From: Takakia lepidozioides
Taxonomy: Eukaryota; Plantae; Bryophyta
Direction: 5' to 3'
DNA: 64,000 bases
Assembly (NCBI GenBank): GCA_030704615.1
Contig: CM060733.1
Coordinates: forward strand, 75,020,001-75,084,000
Made by a program: the position numbers and the translations under genes. The notes beneath the pieces are model-generated. The model was given only the letters and a program-made list of their open reading frames with translations. It was not told the DNA's origin and did not search any database. Shown here piece by piece: positions 24,301 to 37,735 of this stretch (its first letter is position 1; every line of letters starts with the position of its first letter).

Positions 24301-27300
24301 TGGTGCTAGACGGCCATGGGGGCCCGCCGACAGAAGAGCAGGCGGTGCTCCAATGTTTCAATGGTGGCAATTGAGCAGCATCTACATATGAGAGCCTCCT
24401 GGAGACCCAAAAATTGGCCTACTTTCAATACCCTGTTAGCTATCTGCCAAAGAAAAGCACTGAGCTTTGCTAGTTTAGCTTTGTCCCAGATTAACCTCCA
24501 AATGCAATTCCAGTTTTCCATTACAAAGTTTGCATGCCCCCATCTAGCATTCCATTTGTCTGTCAGAGGGGCGGCTTTAAGAAGAGCCTGGTAGGCCTTT
24601 TGTGCTGGGGGCTACCTCCAAATTTCCAAAGCCACTAGACGCAGGATCTAGCTGCAAATTTTGAAGTTCTTGCCCCCTGATCCAAGCAAATCTTTCTTTA
24701 GCCAACCATGCTTGGACTGGAGTGCCAGGCAGGTGAATTGGATTGAAATCTCTGGAGGCAGAGGACCAGTGACAGATACAGGCTGGTCTTGCCCGCGCTG
24801 AGAGGGTTGCTGTTTTGTAAGGGTTGGTAAGAGACAGGATACCCGAGAAAGAGTCCGCCCGGAAACTAAAACCCTTGAGCAAAGCATTCTGAACTGAAGT
24901 TACATATAGAATGTGGAATTTTCTGTCATCGAACATGATCCATTAGGTAGGCCTGACCGGCAGATCACCTGCTCTCAAGAGGATTCTCCAAGGATCCGGG
25001 ACCGATTGGAGAACTAAATCAATCCCCGTTCTCAGTCTGTGGGAGCCCAGAGCATTTTGAAGACCTTGGGGAGTGCTGATCCAGAGATCGCGAAGCTGGG
25101 CAAGTCCTCTCGTTTCCTAGGCTGCCCATATTTTAGCTTGACCTTTTTCTTCCCAAGATGGGTGGGCCAAGTTGAGAAAAAGGTGCTGCCTCAAGGTCTC
25201 ATGGAATGAGGTGGGTGCCCGTTTGATAAGAAAAGGTCTGAATCTATTCTAGGCTCTCCAAATGGAGGACCAAAGTGGAGATCCCACAACTTTATGATTG
25301 AAGCCTTGTGCAATCCAGCGTATAGATGGTGCCCATTCAGTAGACTGGAGGGGAGAGCTGGTAGAAATGTTGGTGGAGATTAACAGTTTCCACCAGCCTC
25401 CTTCAGGGCCCACGAAGCGAGGAATCCATTTCCCGAGCAGTGCCTGGATTTGAGTTCCCGGGTCAAGAACCTCAAGACCGCCTAGTTTTTTTGGCTGGCA
25501 GATTGGGCTCTTCCGGTGATAGAGAGATATCTAGAACCCCAATAAGCAAACTGGCGTTTGAGCTTGGAAATCGTCAGTTCCATTCTTTGCTAATCTGTTA
25601 TGTTATTGCCAAAGGTGTGACCTAGCAGAGTGGTGGTTTCACCGCCCTTGAGCCAGACCAGACCGAGAACGGAACCCCAGGTTGGCACAATGCCTATACT
25701 GGACCTAGAGGAGAAGAAAATTATCCAAGGGAAGAAAAAATAGACACCTACAAGTGTGCACACGCCTTAGTCGAAGAACTGAAACACCTTCATATGATAA
25801 AGCTCCATATATACACGCTCTTCCTCCATGCAGGTTAACTAGAATGCCATAGACAAAGAACACCAGACTCCCCAACAACAACACCCTCCTAAAGATCTGA
25901 GGGGTGTGACAAACTGAAAAACATTTCAGGGTGATGTGACACCCCTCACATCACCACACTCTATGGCACATTCAGTGGGTTCATGAGCAAGTTTTAGATC
26001 TCTAATGCCGACGTATCCCATGGTAGCAAATGCAGAAGAACTGCACCTCTGATATCAGAGTTGCTCCACAAATAAACAGTTTGCAAGTACAAAGCAACAC
26101 CTACCCTGAACATAACTATTCCCCCCTATGCTCTCTGCTGCCAAAATCAGCCGCCTGCAAAGTATTGAAGCGCCTTGACTTGGATCCACATCTGGGATTT
26201 GGGGTTCTTGAGCCTAAGGCCCCTGACAAGAAGGTTGTCATCTACCATATATCCCAGCGCATCAGCGACAAACAGAAAGATGAAGGGTGCGAGTGGACAC
26301 CCTGGTCTAACAGGCCTCTGCAAGTGGAAGGACCTAGATACATGGCCATTGATTATCACCCTCCTGGAGGAGTTGAACCCATTGACAGAATCCCAGAGGT
26401 AGACCAACCCTTTGCAAGATTGCCAAAAGAAAGTTCCAATCGACTCTATCAAATGCTTTCTCAAAATCAAGAAGCCATAGAGCTAGCGCTTGGTTAGAGT
26501 TCTTAGCGTAGATAGATGCTTCCTGGGCCAGAAGGACATTGTCCAAGATAAATCTGCCCTTAATGAAGCAGCTTGACCAGTACGAGTAAGAGATGGGAGC
26601 AAGGGTTGAATGCACAGAGCTAATGCTTTGGCTATGATCTTATAGGATACGTTCAGCAAGGTGATTGGCCTGTAATTGTTGATGTCAGCCCTGTCACCTT
26701 TCTTGAAAAGAAGGGTGATTACTCCCCGCGACATGTGCTCTGGCATGGCCCCTTTTCTTATGCTTTCGTTGGCCATGTTGCAGAAATCTGAAGCAATTTT
26801 GGGCTAGAAGGCCTTGTAGAACTCTACCGGCATACCATCAATACCGGGGAATTTGTTGCTTCTCATGCGGTTCAAGGCCTCCTCCAATTTCTTTTCGGTG
26901 AACTCAGCTTCCAGCGGACCATGGTCCGAATGAGAAACTTTGACAGGGATGGTCTGCAAGCAATGTTGAAGGACAGGGAGAGTGGCTTGGTCCTGTGGGC
27001 CTAGAGAAGAGGGAGCTGAAGTGGGTGAATGCTTTGTTGCTTAGACAACCAGCATGTAGCCCAGTGGTAATGGGCACATACCACGTTGGATGTGGTCGTG
27101 GGTTCAAACCACGGTCTGGTGTGTCATGTAGGTGTCCACCTTTCAGCTGGAAGGCAGTAGCCCTTGTGGTGAAGAGACACCATAAGTTACGCTCCCTTGG
27201 GGAGGTGTCATACTTTGTTGCAAAGGTCTTTGGGGGTAGAGGATTTGGTGCCTGAGTTATCCATGTAGAGCTCAGCAATATTCAAGAGAGCTCTTCTCTG

Positions 27301-27900
27301 CTTCATTTTTTAAAGAAGTACTTATACATCTTTTCCCCTTTGGCAGACGAGTTTATCCCTGCCTGCATCTGAATTTTTTGTTCCTGAAGGAGTTGGAATT
27401 TCCCCAGGTTCAATCGGGCCTCAAGGTATGTTTGGAAGGTATGCTCGTCACATGAGTTGCTCTCTAATGCATTTTGGCAAATGCCAAGACACTTTTTAAG
27501 GGCCAGGATACTACGCTTTTGAGCCGCTGAGATGTCTCTACTAAGGTCTTGGCTTGATTTGCACGAGGCAGCTAGCTTGACCTGGAAACGAAGGATAGGA
27601 CAGGTCAATTGGTTCCCACCTTGAATCCAATCCCCTTCAAGGGAGGCCTTGAAGGAGGTGTTCGAGAGATGGGAAGAGTTGAGCTTATAAATTCCTCTAC
27701 CCCTTTTATGAGCAAAAGGCAGCTCGCTACGGAAACAGTCACCACTGCATGATCAAAACCTTTAGTAATTGGCTCCTGGGGCGAAAGAAGGGCACCATTG
27801 GATAACGGGAGAGAAAGGTAAATCCTATCTAGACGTGCCATCCAACAGTGCTCCGGTAAGAGTACCCCCTCCCCCCTCCCTATCATTTCTAGTCCCATCT
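24300..27900 (-). pseudogene. L1-like LINE ORF2 (endonuclease C-terminus, reverse transcriptase, zf-RVT), decayed
   Basis: Motifs ARLDRIYLS/FDHAVV, PGIDGMPVEFY, NYRPITLLNVSYKIIAKALA, LDFEKAFDRVDW, GCPLAPFIF, KKLGGLEVLD and FLWQIANRVL...CRCC...ETLEHRLLFC. Frameshifts, plus an interruption at ~25560-26130. Confidence 0.92.
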
Positions 27901-28099
27901 CCCCCCTATAGCCTTTCTTCAAAATCCCGAGGCTCAGCTCAGCTCCGGAAGGTAACTCCCTCCCTCATCTGCCAGATGAGGATTGGTCTAATGGTACAAG
28001 GATACACCAGGATGAGTTGGACAAAGACTACCCACTGATTTTACTGGATGTGTCAGACCTTAAAAAAAGAGTGGCATCAATGGAGGAGCATGTGGCATC

Positions 28100-29803
28100 T
28101 TGATTCACTTTCCAGGGAAGAAAGTCGACAGGGCCTATGTACGTGATTGGGCGATAAGACACCTCGGAGGTTCGGGTGAGCTAAAACAAAAATTATGTCA
28201 TGCCAAGGGCCACGGATTCTTCTCCATAATCTTCAAAACTAGGGAAGCAGCCAACCAAGCCCTATCGTTCAACCCACACACAAAAGGCTTCAACGTAAAT
28301 ATATTTATGTGGTCTTCCAAAATGGGCCACAGAAACGGTAAATTGTGGTGCCCAAGAATTATATCAGTTCCCTACATTCGAGACCAATACCTAGTTAACT
28401 TGCCCGATATAGCCAACCACTTTGGCTCTTACCTCGGTTGTTTGGCAGTATTTGATCCTCAGATGTGCACACTCAATCTCAGACAGGATCCAACTTGGAG
28501 CTCGGTTACAATTGCTTCCAGACTCAATGAAACTGGCAGTGCCAAATTTGTGCTAATGATGCCCAATGAGGAAGCCCTACCACAATATGTGCGATCAACT
28601 ACTTTACCATTTAGCTTATTGAGGACACTACCTATGTTGCCCGCTTTAATTGCGGCCAATTGGGCCACATCAAGTTCGACTGTCCTTCAGCAAAGTTCGC
28701 AAGAGATCACCCCCTGCTGCTCATGCGATAGGTCTGAATACACCTCTCGGGCTGCAACCAGGCCCAGGCGCCACCACTGCTGATGGGACACACTCCACCT
28801 GTCCAGTTGTGCCAACTGCAGGTCAACCGATTCAGCTATAGGCCCCGATCTTTCTGGATTCTCCACAATCCAGTCCAAGACCTGCCTCTCCTTCCAATCT
28901 GGACATCAACAGGGACCCAATGCAAGAAGAGATCAAAGCTCACCACCAAAGGAAGCTCACAAGGGAAAGGCAAAGGAAAATTAGGTGAAAACCCACCTTC
29001 TCCACCTATCCAGTTGACAAGCCCTACAACCAGAGTGGCCCACACATAACTACAGGTATTTCTTGCAACACATCCTTCGCCAATCTGTGCCTCAACACTT
29101 GCTCATTTCCAAACCTGGATTTGATTAGCTGCTCTGCCCTTGAGACATTTGCAGCTCCCAAGGCTTCTTGTGTTACACCACTAATTTTCAGAAAAGGTAA
29201 GCCCCCCCTAATATTCTTCACATCCAATGACTTAGAATGTGTTGAATCTCTTTGGGTCAAGGCCTCCGATGTCAAACACTTTCTGAGAGCGAATCCACCC
29301 AACACTAGTCCGGAAATTCTGTTCAAATACAGGATTCAGGAATTCTTTGAGGCTTCAATGCCCCACTACTTCTTGTCTCCCTCAACTAGAATTTCATGGG
29401 GGGCTTACTTGGAAGATCACCCGGGTTTAAGTTGCAGACCATCAACTCAAGTGCTGGCCCTTATGGAGGAGGCAGACAATTACAATAGGCCGCCACCTCT
29501 GGGGGCAATTTGGACATACAAGCAATGGCTGTCAGCCCCCAGGGGAAGCCACCCGCTTCAGATAAGGAACCAAGATACCTTGGTAAATGGTTTTCAACTG
29601 CTGTCAGCATTCTTGGATCTGGAAATAGATGAAGAGAACCATAGGATGGAGTTACAAAGGACCAAAGACTATATCAATGGAGTACTCAGGGTATATGTTA
29701 CAAACTCAGAAGCTGCCTCGGAATCCCCAGACACCAATGACGTCTCCTCACCAGATGACATCAGCTCCGACAAAGACCACCTGGCAACTGCTGTTACTAT
29801 CAT
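28100..29803 (+). pseudogene. L1-like LINE ORF1 (DUF4283-like region plus CCHC knuckle), interrupted by an LTR element
   Basis: AKGHGFFSIIFKTREAANQAL, and a frameshifted NCGQLGHIKFDCP knuckle near 28650-28685. Continues after the TSD at 36754 and leads into the ORF2 endonuclease. Confidence 0.7.
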
Positions 29804-30533
29804 TGTCGCGGCCCTTTGCCTTGAGGGCAGGGGGGGTCGGGACACATGAGGGGCTGCCCCTGTGGTGGGGGCAGCGGCAGCGATAGGTACGGGGGGCTGA
29901 AGCACCCTTGAGTGCCCAAGGCACTCAAGGAGGCGGAGGCGCTCACTAGGTGGAGCCCCGCACACCGGGTTGCGGTGGGGGTGGCTCCACAAGGGGTGGT
30001 GGTAGCTTAGAGGGACTTAGTGGGGGTGGCATAGGACTCACCATGGGGGCGGAGACCTCGTGGTGGGAGTCGTGGGGAGTCTTGGGACTCATCACGGTCC
30101 ATAGGGGCCGTGGTGAGTGGGCCAAGACTCACCGCGACTCACCACCGGGAGTCGAGGGTTTTCGTGGTGGTTCGCCATAAAATGGCATGGCTGGTTGTGA
30201 AACCCCCGCGGACAGCTACAGAAGTATATATAAGGGGAGTAGTGACCCCGAGAACGGTGCAAGCCCGTTGGTGACCAAAAACTAGTGAGTAAGCGAGCGA
30301 GCCGGAAAGCGACCAAAGAGTGAGGAGCTGTTCCGGACTGCCAACTACCAAAGGGAATTCCACTAGGCCCAAAGAGGTGGAGGGTTTAGTGGGGGAGCGA
30401 AGGGGGACCGTTATGTCCCGGTGAGCAGCCGAAGCTCCAAGTTGGCCCGGCGGCCAGGTTGGGAGTCAGGCACGCACATCAGAGCGAGTAACTATGACTT
30501 GAAGGGGAGCTTACCGAAGTGAGGTGCGCGACA
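29804..30533 (+). repeat. 5' LTR (~730 bp)
   Basis: Near-identical to 36027-36753; TG...CA ends with a 7-bp terminal inverted repeat. Confidence 0.97.
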
Positions 30534-30535
30534 CT

Positions 30536-30547
30536 TGGTATTAGAGC
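30536..30547 (+). promoter_or_regulatory. Primer binding site for initiator tRNA-Met
   Basis: TGGTATTAGAGC, one mismatch to the plant consensus TGGTATCAGAGC, 2 nt after the LTR. Confidence 0.88.
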
Positions 30548-30588
30548 TTAGAGTTCAGTACGCGATCGTCCTTGGGATTGGCCTCATC

Positions 30589-31389
30589 ATGGGGTCGGGC
30601 AAGCCAAAGCGAAAGCGGAACGGCCCAAAAGATGATGATCCTGGTGAGCCCGATGGGGGCGACGTGTCACCGAAGCGGCCATTTGAGGAAGCGACGCGGG
30701 TTTATGAAAACGAGGCCGCCCAAGAGCGGGAGGAATCCGAGGAGTCGGAGCCCGAGGAATCCGTGAGAGCTCCGACCGACCAACAGATGCCTCCCATGCC
30801 GGCAGCCTTTTGGGAAGGGTTGTTGGCGCAGTTTGGCGGGACGCTGAAAGACGTGTTGAGGGCGGCTAATGCCACTTCCCCTAAGGCAAAGTTTAAGGTG
30901 AAGCCTAAGGAACCCGGCACCTTCGAGGGCGTCCGAAATCAGAAGGCACTCAACACCTGGCTCTTGGAGCTAGAGCGGTACTTCCGGGCGGCCAAGTTGA
31001 GTGACGAGGATCGGGTGGAAGTGGCTCCCACCTATTTGAGGGGCTATGCTCAACAATGGTGGCAGAAACGCCTTCACGACCGAGGTCCAAGCCCGGAAAC
31101 CTTGAACTGGAGTGGGTTCAAGGAATTGATGAAGAGACAGTTTGTGCCCCTCAACGCGTCCTGGCTTGCCCGGGACAAGATGAGGAATTTGAAGCAAACA
31201 GACGACATTCGGGGATATGTCCAGGCTTTCAATGTGTTTTTGCTCGAAGTCGCGGACATGGCAGAACCGGAAATGGTCTTCAACTTTGTGGCGGGACTGG
31301 CCCCATGGGCCAGGCGGAAGTTGGAGGAGAAGCCACCTAAGACTTTGAACGAGGCAATTGAGAGGGCCGAATTTCTCAGATGTCTCTAG
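30589..31389 (+). CDS. gag: Retrotransposon Gag capsid region; frameshifted from the downstream knuckle
   Basis: KPKEPGTFEG...WLLELERYF...YLRGYAQQWW...LKQTDDIRGYVQAF...FVAGL. Confidence 0.9.
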   Translation: MGSGKPKRKRNGPKDDDPGEPDGGDVSPKRPFEEATRVYENEAAQEREESEESEPEESVRAPTDQQMPPMPAAFWEGLLAQFGGTLKDVLRAANATSPKAKFKVKPKEPGTFEGVRNQKALNTWLLELERYFRAAKLSDEDRVEVAPTYLRGYAQQWWQKRLHDRGPSPETLNWSGFKELMKRQFVPLNASWLARDKMRNLKQTDDIRGYVQAFNVFLLEVADMAEPEMVFNFVAGLAPWARRKLEEKPPKTLNEAIERAEFLRCL

Positions 31390-31441
31390 GGTGAAAGACA
31401 AGGCCGTACGGAGCTGAACCACAAGAAGACCCGGCGGGAAT

Positions 31442-34400
31442 GTGACTCCTTCCGACCGGAAAAGAAGTGGGATAGGCCACGCGGCGACAATGGCCCGGAA
31501 ATCGAAGGGAGGGCCTTCACACGTCAAGGCGGCACCCGGTGCTTCGAAAGGAAAAGCGGGTGGAGCGGCTTATGGCGGACAGAATGTGACCTTTGATGGA
31601 GTGTGTTTCAATTGCGGAGAGCCCGGGCACATGGCCAAGAAGTGCACGAAACCCCGACAATTGAACATGACTCGGGCAACCACGGAGCTGTCGGAAGATA
31701 CCATCAGTCGCTTGGTGGAAGCGGTGGTCGCCAGGACTTGCAAGGTAGGCAAATATTCTTGTGAGTTGTATCAGGAAACTGGCGCATTGCGTAAAGGGAG
31801 TCACTTATTGTTCGTGGATGGGATAATATCCGGAACTAACGTGTCATTGTTGGTGGACACAGGAGCGTCGCACTCCTTCATGACACCGGCAACGGCACAA
31901 AAGCTGGGACTCCCGACGACTGACGTAGGGGCCTCTATTGAGGTGCGTTCTGCCAACGGAGAACCGCAATTGGCGACGAAATTGGCGTTCAATGTTCCTC
32001 TTCAACTGGGGAGTTGGGAGGGACGTGAGAACTTCACCGTCTGCGAGATCGATGGAGTGGATCTCATTTTGGGGATGACCTTTTTGAGCAAATCCGGAGC
32101 GGTCATAGATGGCCGCAAGAGGGTAGTCACGCTGCCATGTTGGAATGGTGGCGAGGTCTTACGAGTTTCGGGAACGCCCAAACCTGTGGGAGGGCGAATA
32201 AACCTTATGTCAGCAAAGGAGTGGGCCGTGGAGGAGGCACACGAGCTCTACATTAGAGAAGTCAAGGGAGAAGGCGATGGAGAGCCGAGCCCAGATTGGA
32301 TCAAGGGGATTTTGGAGAAATACCAGGATGTGATGCCGGAGGATTTGCCAAGCGGCTTGCCACCAGGAAGAGGAGTTGACCACAAGATTGAGGTGATACC
32401 GGGATCGGAACCGCCTGCCAAGGCGCCCTACCGGTTGAGCCACAGGGAGTTGGTCGAGCTGAAGACTCAGCTCAAAGATCTAATGTCAAAGGGGTACATC
32501 TGGCCGAGTAAGTCACCTTACGGAGCCCCGGTGCTATTTGCAGATAAAAAGGATGGGACGCTGCGGATGTGTGTCGATTACAGGGCTCTGAATAAGGTGA
32601 CTATCAAAAACCGGTACCCTTTGCCAAGGATCGACGACCTCTTCGATCGGTTGGCAGGAGCGAAGTATTTCAGCCGGATCGACTTGCACTCCGGCTATCA
32701 TCAAATTCGGGTGGCGGAAGGAGATGAGGAGAAGACCGCGTGCAGGACAAGGTATGGTTCATATGAGTTCTTGGTGATGCCTTTTGGGCTCACCAATGCA
32801 CCTGCGACCTTTAGCACGCTGATGAACAACCTTTTCCAGGAGTGGTTGGATGACTTTGTGATCGTGTACATCGACGACATCTTGGTGTATTCGAAAACAA
32901 AGGAGGAGCACCTGGAGCATCTCGAAAGGGTGTTCCAGAAATTGCGGGAAGGGAAGCTGTATGCCAAAGCTTCAAAGTGCGAATTCGGGGTCACAAAAGT
33001 GGAGTTCCTGGGGCATGTGATTACACAGGATGGGATCAGAATGGAGGACAGGAAGGTGAGGGCCATCTTGGACTGGGAGCCTCCGACTTCGGTCCCGGGA
33101 GTGCGATCCTTCCTAGGACTCGCCTCCTATTACCGGAAGTATGTGAGAAATTTCGCCAAGATTGGGGGCCGCTGTCAGACCTTCTATGTAAATCTAAAGT
33201 CTGGGCATGGAACACCTTTTGGGCCAAGCTTTTGCTGAATTGAAGGAGCGGATGGCGGAAGCTCCAGTCTTGAAAATCCCGGAGTTCGATCGTCCGTTCG
33301 AGATACATACAGATGCGTCAGACTTCGCGATTGGGGGTGTACTGATGCAAGATGGACGTCCAGTGGCTTACGAAAGTAAGAAACTAAATGAAGTGGAGCG
33401 ACGGTGGCCGACGCACGAGAAAGAGATGAAGGCGTGTGCACTGTCTTGAGCTTTGGCGCCACTATGTTGGTTCCAACCCAGTGAAGGTGTTCACGGACAA
33501 TGTCACGGTGAAGTATTTTGCCACGGAGCCCAAGTTGTCCCCAAAACAACTTAGGTGGCAAGATACTTTGGCGGTGTTCGACGTGGATATCCAGTACAAA
33601 CCGGGACGAGACAACGTGGTGGCCGATGCTTTAAGTAGAAAGCAACAGCTCTTGTTGGTGTACAAGGGCGAGACGGCGCTCCAAAGGAAGATCCGGAAGG
33701 CTTGCCGGAAGGATGAGCTGGCGAAGTCCGTGATACAGGACTTGAGGATGGGGGTTAAATTGCAGTTTCACTTGCAAAATGGACTGCTCCGGTATAAGCA
33801 AAAGCGTCTCTACGTGCCGAAGGGAGGGATCAGAGATAGTTTCTTGAGAGAATGTCATGATAGCCCGCTTGCGGGCCACGGCGGAGCCAAGCGCACTGCG
33901 GCACTCTTGAAGAAAGAGTATTTCTGGCCCAAACTGAGGGAGGAGGCAGAGGAGTATGTCAAGACATGCACCACATGCCAACAAAACCCGAGCGAGTACA
34001 AAAAGCAAGCGGGGCTATTACAACCCTTGCCGATTCCAGAGGGGACTTGGGAAAGCGTCTCGATGGATTTCATGACTGCTATGCCGCTGTCAAAAGGATT
34101 CGATGCAATCATGGTGGTGGTGGATAGGTTCAGTAAAATGGGTCATTTCATCCCCACCAAGGAGACAGCAACGGCGCAGGAAACAGGGCGACTTTACTTC
34201 GCCCACGTCTTAAAGCATCATGGAGTCCCGAAGGATATTGTCTCGGACCGCGATCCAAAGTTTACGAGTAAATTTTGGAGGGCACTTTGGAAGAAGATGG
34301 GGACGAGGCTGAAGATGAGCACCGCCTTCCGACCTACGACCGACGGCCAAACAGAAGAGTGAATTCCGTAGTGAAACAGATCCTGCGGAATTACGTGTCG

Positions 34401-35127
34401 GCAGACCAAACAGACTGGGTGGAACACTTAGACGCGGCAGAGTTTCTGTTATAATAACACAGAACACTCCACAACGGGAGTTTCCCCTTTCGTATTGGTC
34501 TATGGAAAAGCACCCCTGGTGCCGACAAGTTGGGCCGCCCAGGACGTTTGAGGAACCGGCAGTAGCGGCGATACTGGAAGAACGCGAGCGTTTGTTGAAG
34601 CTCGCAAAGTACAACATTGCCAAAGCTAGGAAACGGTATGAAAGGCAGGCGAATCGGAAGCGGAGGGAAGTGAAGTTTGAGGCAGGCACAGAGGTCTGGT
34701 TGAACATCAAGAATTTCCGACTACCTCCGGAAGTGAGTCCGAAGTTCGTACCTCCGTATGCGGGACCCTTTCGCATTCGGAAGGTTATGAATGAGGATGT
34801 GTATGAATTGGAGCTGCCGGCAACAGCAAGGTGCACCTAGTATTCCATGTCTCCTTTTTGAAGCCTTACTTCAAAGATGAAGCGCGTCCGAATCGGCATC
34901 AAGTGTTGCGTCCGCCACCTATGCTGTTGGATCATGAAAATGAACCTGAGTACGAGGTGGAGGCAATACTTAAGTCGAGGAGGTTCAAGATCCGAGAAAT
35001 GGAGTATCTCGTCAAATGGAAGGGCTATCATCATGTGGAGGCATCTTGGGTGCGTGCCTCAGAAATGGGAAACGCATCCGAGGGTTGCAGCTTTCGAAGG
35101 GCGACCTCAAAAGGGAAGAAGCGTTGA
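31442..35127 (+). pseudogene. pol: Gag knuckle plus Pol (protease, RT, RNase H, integrase, chromodomain), with several 1-bp frameshifts
   Basis: [14 protein letters not shown]; LVDTGASH; YIDDILVYS; HTDASDFAIG; HHCC; SMDFM / VSDRDPKF / DGQTE; EYEVEAILKSRR...YLVKWKGY...SW. Confidence 0.95.
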
Positions 35128-36026
35128 TGGGGACATCAACCTTGGAGCGTGGGGGAGGAAATGCATGCTTAGCCCGGCTTAGCTAGCTTAGGAATCCGAT
35201 TGCAAAAACTTGTATTGTACAAAACGTGCTATAAATGAAATGGCTTCCAAATGTTGTGCGTCCTATTTTGTTGGAATGGTGATGCATGGTATGGTTGGCT
35301 AGTGTGTAGAATGCATGCTAGCTTATAAAAAGTGGGAGAGGTAAATTGGGTTAATCGTGTGTTTGCGTAGTGCCGAAATCGGGTGACCCCCATCCGAGGG
35401 CAAGGAAACTTGCGCCTTCTTTGGAGTTCACGTGCTAGTGCGCACCTGGCGCGTGCGCGTACTATAACTGCGCTACCGAGGGGGTTGCCTTGTAGTGCGG
35501 GCTAACGCGGAAGCCACGTGTTTCCGTTCACGTACTATAATCGTGTAGCCTCGGGACGAAGTCGTAGTGCGGCTTTGGCGTGTTCCCGTACCTCAGGCCA
35601 GCATTCCAAGGCGGACCCAATTGTAGTGATTTGGGCGCACAGTTGGTTCAAGGTATCTTCCTAGTCAAAGAGGTTTCCAGGGAAACCCTTGCTCAAGGTG
35701 ATGCCAAAAGCGGCATCATGAGCGGTCGCAAGCAATGTTGTTGCAGTAAGGCGATTCGATCCTCGGGGAGGATCGTTCCTTGGCCTTGAAGTAGGCCAAG
35801 AAGAGTGCAATGGGAGGAGCTGGAGGGCTCCACCCTTGGCCGGGACTTGGAGGAAGTCGGCCGAACTAGCTAGTGGAGAGTAGAGTCAAGTGTGGGGTTT
35901 GGTTCTTTGCCATGGGACGCCATGGTGCGGAAACAAACTCCTTGATGTGGGACGCCACAACTTGGATGTTCGTTTCTACAAAATGGACAAGTCGTTGAGG
36001 ACATCGACTCCCTGTTGGTAGGGTGT

Positions 36027-36753
36027 TGTCGCGGCCCTTTGCCTTGAGGCAGGGGGGGTCGGGACACATGAGGGGCTGCCCCTATGGTGGGGGCAGCGGC
36101 AGCGATGGGTACGGGGGGCTGAAGCACCCTTGAGTGCCCAAGGCACTCAAGGAGGCGGAGGCGCTCACTAGGTGGAGCCCCGCACACCGGGTTGCGGTGG
36201 AGGTGGCTCCACAAGGGGTGGTGGTAGCTTAGAGGGACTTAGTGGGGGTGGCATAGGACTCACCATGGGGGCGGAGACCTCGTGGTGGGAGTCGTGGGGA
36301 GTCTTGGGACTCATCACGGTCCATAGGGGCCGTGGTGAGTGGGCCAAGACTCACCGCGACTCACCACCGGGAGTCGAGGGTTTTCGTGGTGGTTCGCCAT
36401 AAAATGGCATGGCTGGTTGTGAAACCCCGCGGACAGCTACAGAAGTATATATAAGGGAGTAGTGACCCCGAGAACGGTGCAAGCCCGTTGGTGACCAAAA
36501 ACTAGTGAGTAAGCGAGCGAGCCGGAAAGCGACCAAAGAGTGAGGAGCTGTTCCGGACTGCCAACTACCAAAGGGAATTCCACTAGGCCCAAAGAGGTGG
36601 AGGGTTTAGTGGGGGAGCGAAGGGGGACCGTTATGTCCCGGTGAGCAGCCAAAGCTCCAAGTTGGCCCGACGGCCAGGTTGGGAGTCAGGCGCGCGCATC
36701 AGAGCGAGTAACTATGATTTGAAGGGGAGCTTACCGAAATGAGGTGCGCGACA
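36027..36753 (+). repeat. 3' LTR
   Basis: Direct repeat of 29804-30533, preceded by purine-rich GGTAGGGTGT. Confidence 0.97.
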
Positions 36754-37347
36754 ATCATGCATATCTCTCCTCCAGCCAATGAGGTCACCAGCCCTGTTTC
36801 CCCACCAACCATTGTGGACGCAAGTCAACCCCTTCCCATTGAGGACCTCTCTCTCACAGTTTGCCTACACAGCCCCCCACCTGATCCATCCCAGGTCTCT
36901 TCTCTCCCTCTCCCTGTTTTTTCTTCCAGTTCTCACTAAAGACCCTAGCAGATGTTGGATGTTGTGTGAGAAAAAGAAACATATCGAGGGGAAACAGATT
37001 AGGCACATGTTACCAACCTTTGACTTAGCTGACTCGAACTCGCTCACAGATAGATATCCACACTTTGGTCCTCTCTTCTCCATTGGTTTCTTCCCTAAGG
37101 GGGGTTCAGATTCTAACCAGCGCAATATCACGAGTCCCAGCTGACTAGTTTCAGTCTGTGTCTACCAACCCTCAGCCTCCTACCACTAGAGGTATTTTCA
37201 TACAAGTCTGCAAAAAGAGCCAAAAGCCCCCCGATCCATTTGTATGGGTCACATCTTTGAGACCCCGCCATCGCAGAGTTCAGTTCTCCTTCCGACCTTG
37301 TAGGCCATCAAATATGACTCACAGTCCAAGCCTACCTCTCTCTACTT

Positions 37348-37735
37348 ATGATAGTTAATCTTCACTCTTGGAATCTCAGAGGCCTTGCAGCAAACTCGGC
37401 TTCCCTCAAAAGGGTGAGAATTAAAAATTGGCTTGCATCCTTCCTCTCAAATGATTCGGTGGTCTTCCTGCAAGAGCACAATCTAGATCAGGCTAAAATA
37501 GACAGCCTCACAAATCATATGTGGCCTTTGGCCAATGCCATGTGGAAACCCACATCTGAGGGTACAAGGGGGGGGGACTGCAATACTTTTATCTCCCTCC
37601 CTTCAACCATATCTTTCTACTGATTCCACTTGGCTCCTAGGAAGAATTCAATTTTGTTCGCTTACCCTTCCCAACAATTCAGGCTCGATAGAATTAGTGA
37701 GTATCTATGCACCAAACACCATATCTTGCATGTGA
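37348..37735 (+). pseudogene. L1-like ORF2 N-terminus (APE endonuclease), truncated
   Basis: SWNLRGL...VFLQEHNL...GGTAILL...LVSIYAPN. Confidence 0.85.

Larger units (their letters stand above)
29804..36753 (+). mobile_element. Full-length Ty3/gypsy chromovirus LTR retrotransposon
   Basis: LTRs run TGTCGCG...CGCGACA. 5-bp TSD ATCAT at 29799-29803 and 36754-36758. iMet-type PBS. Domain order gag-PR-RT-RH-IN-chromo. Confidence 0.97.
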
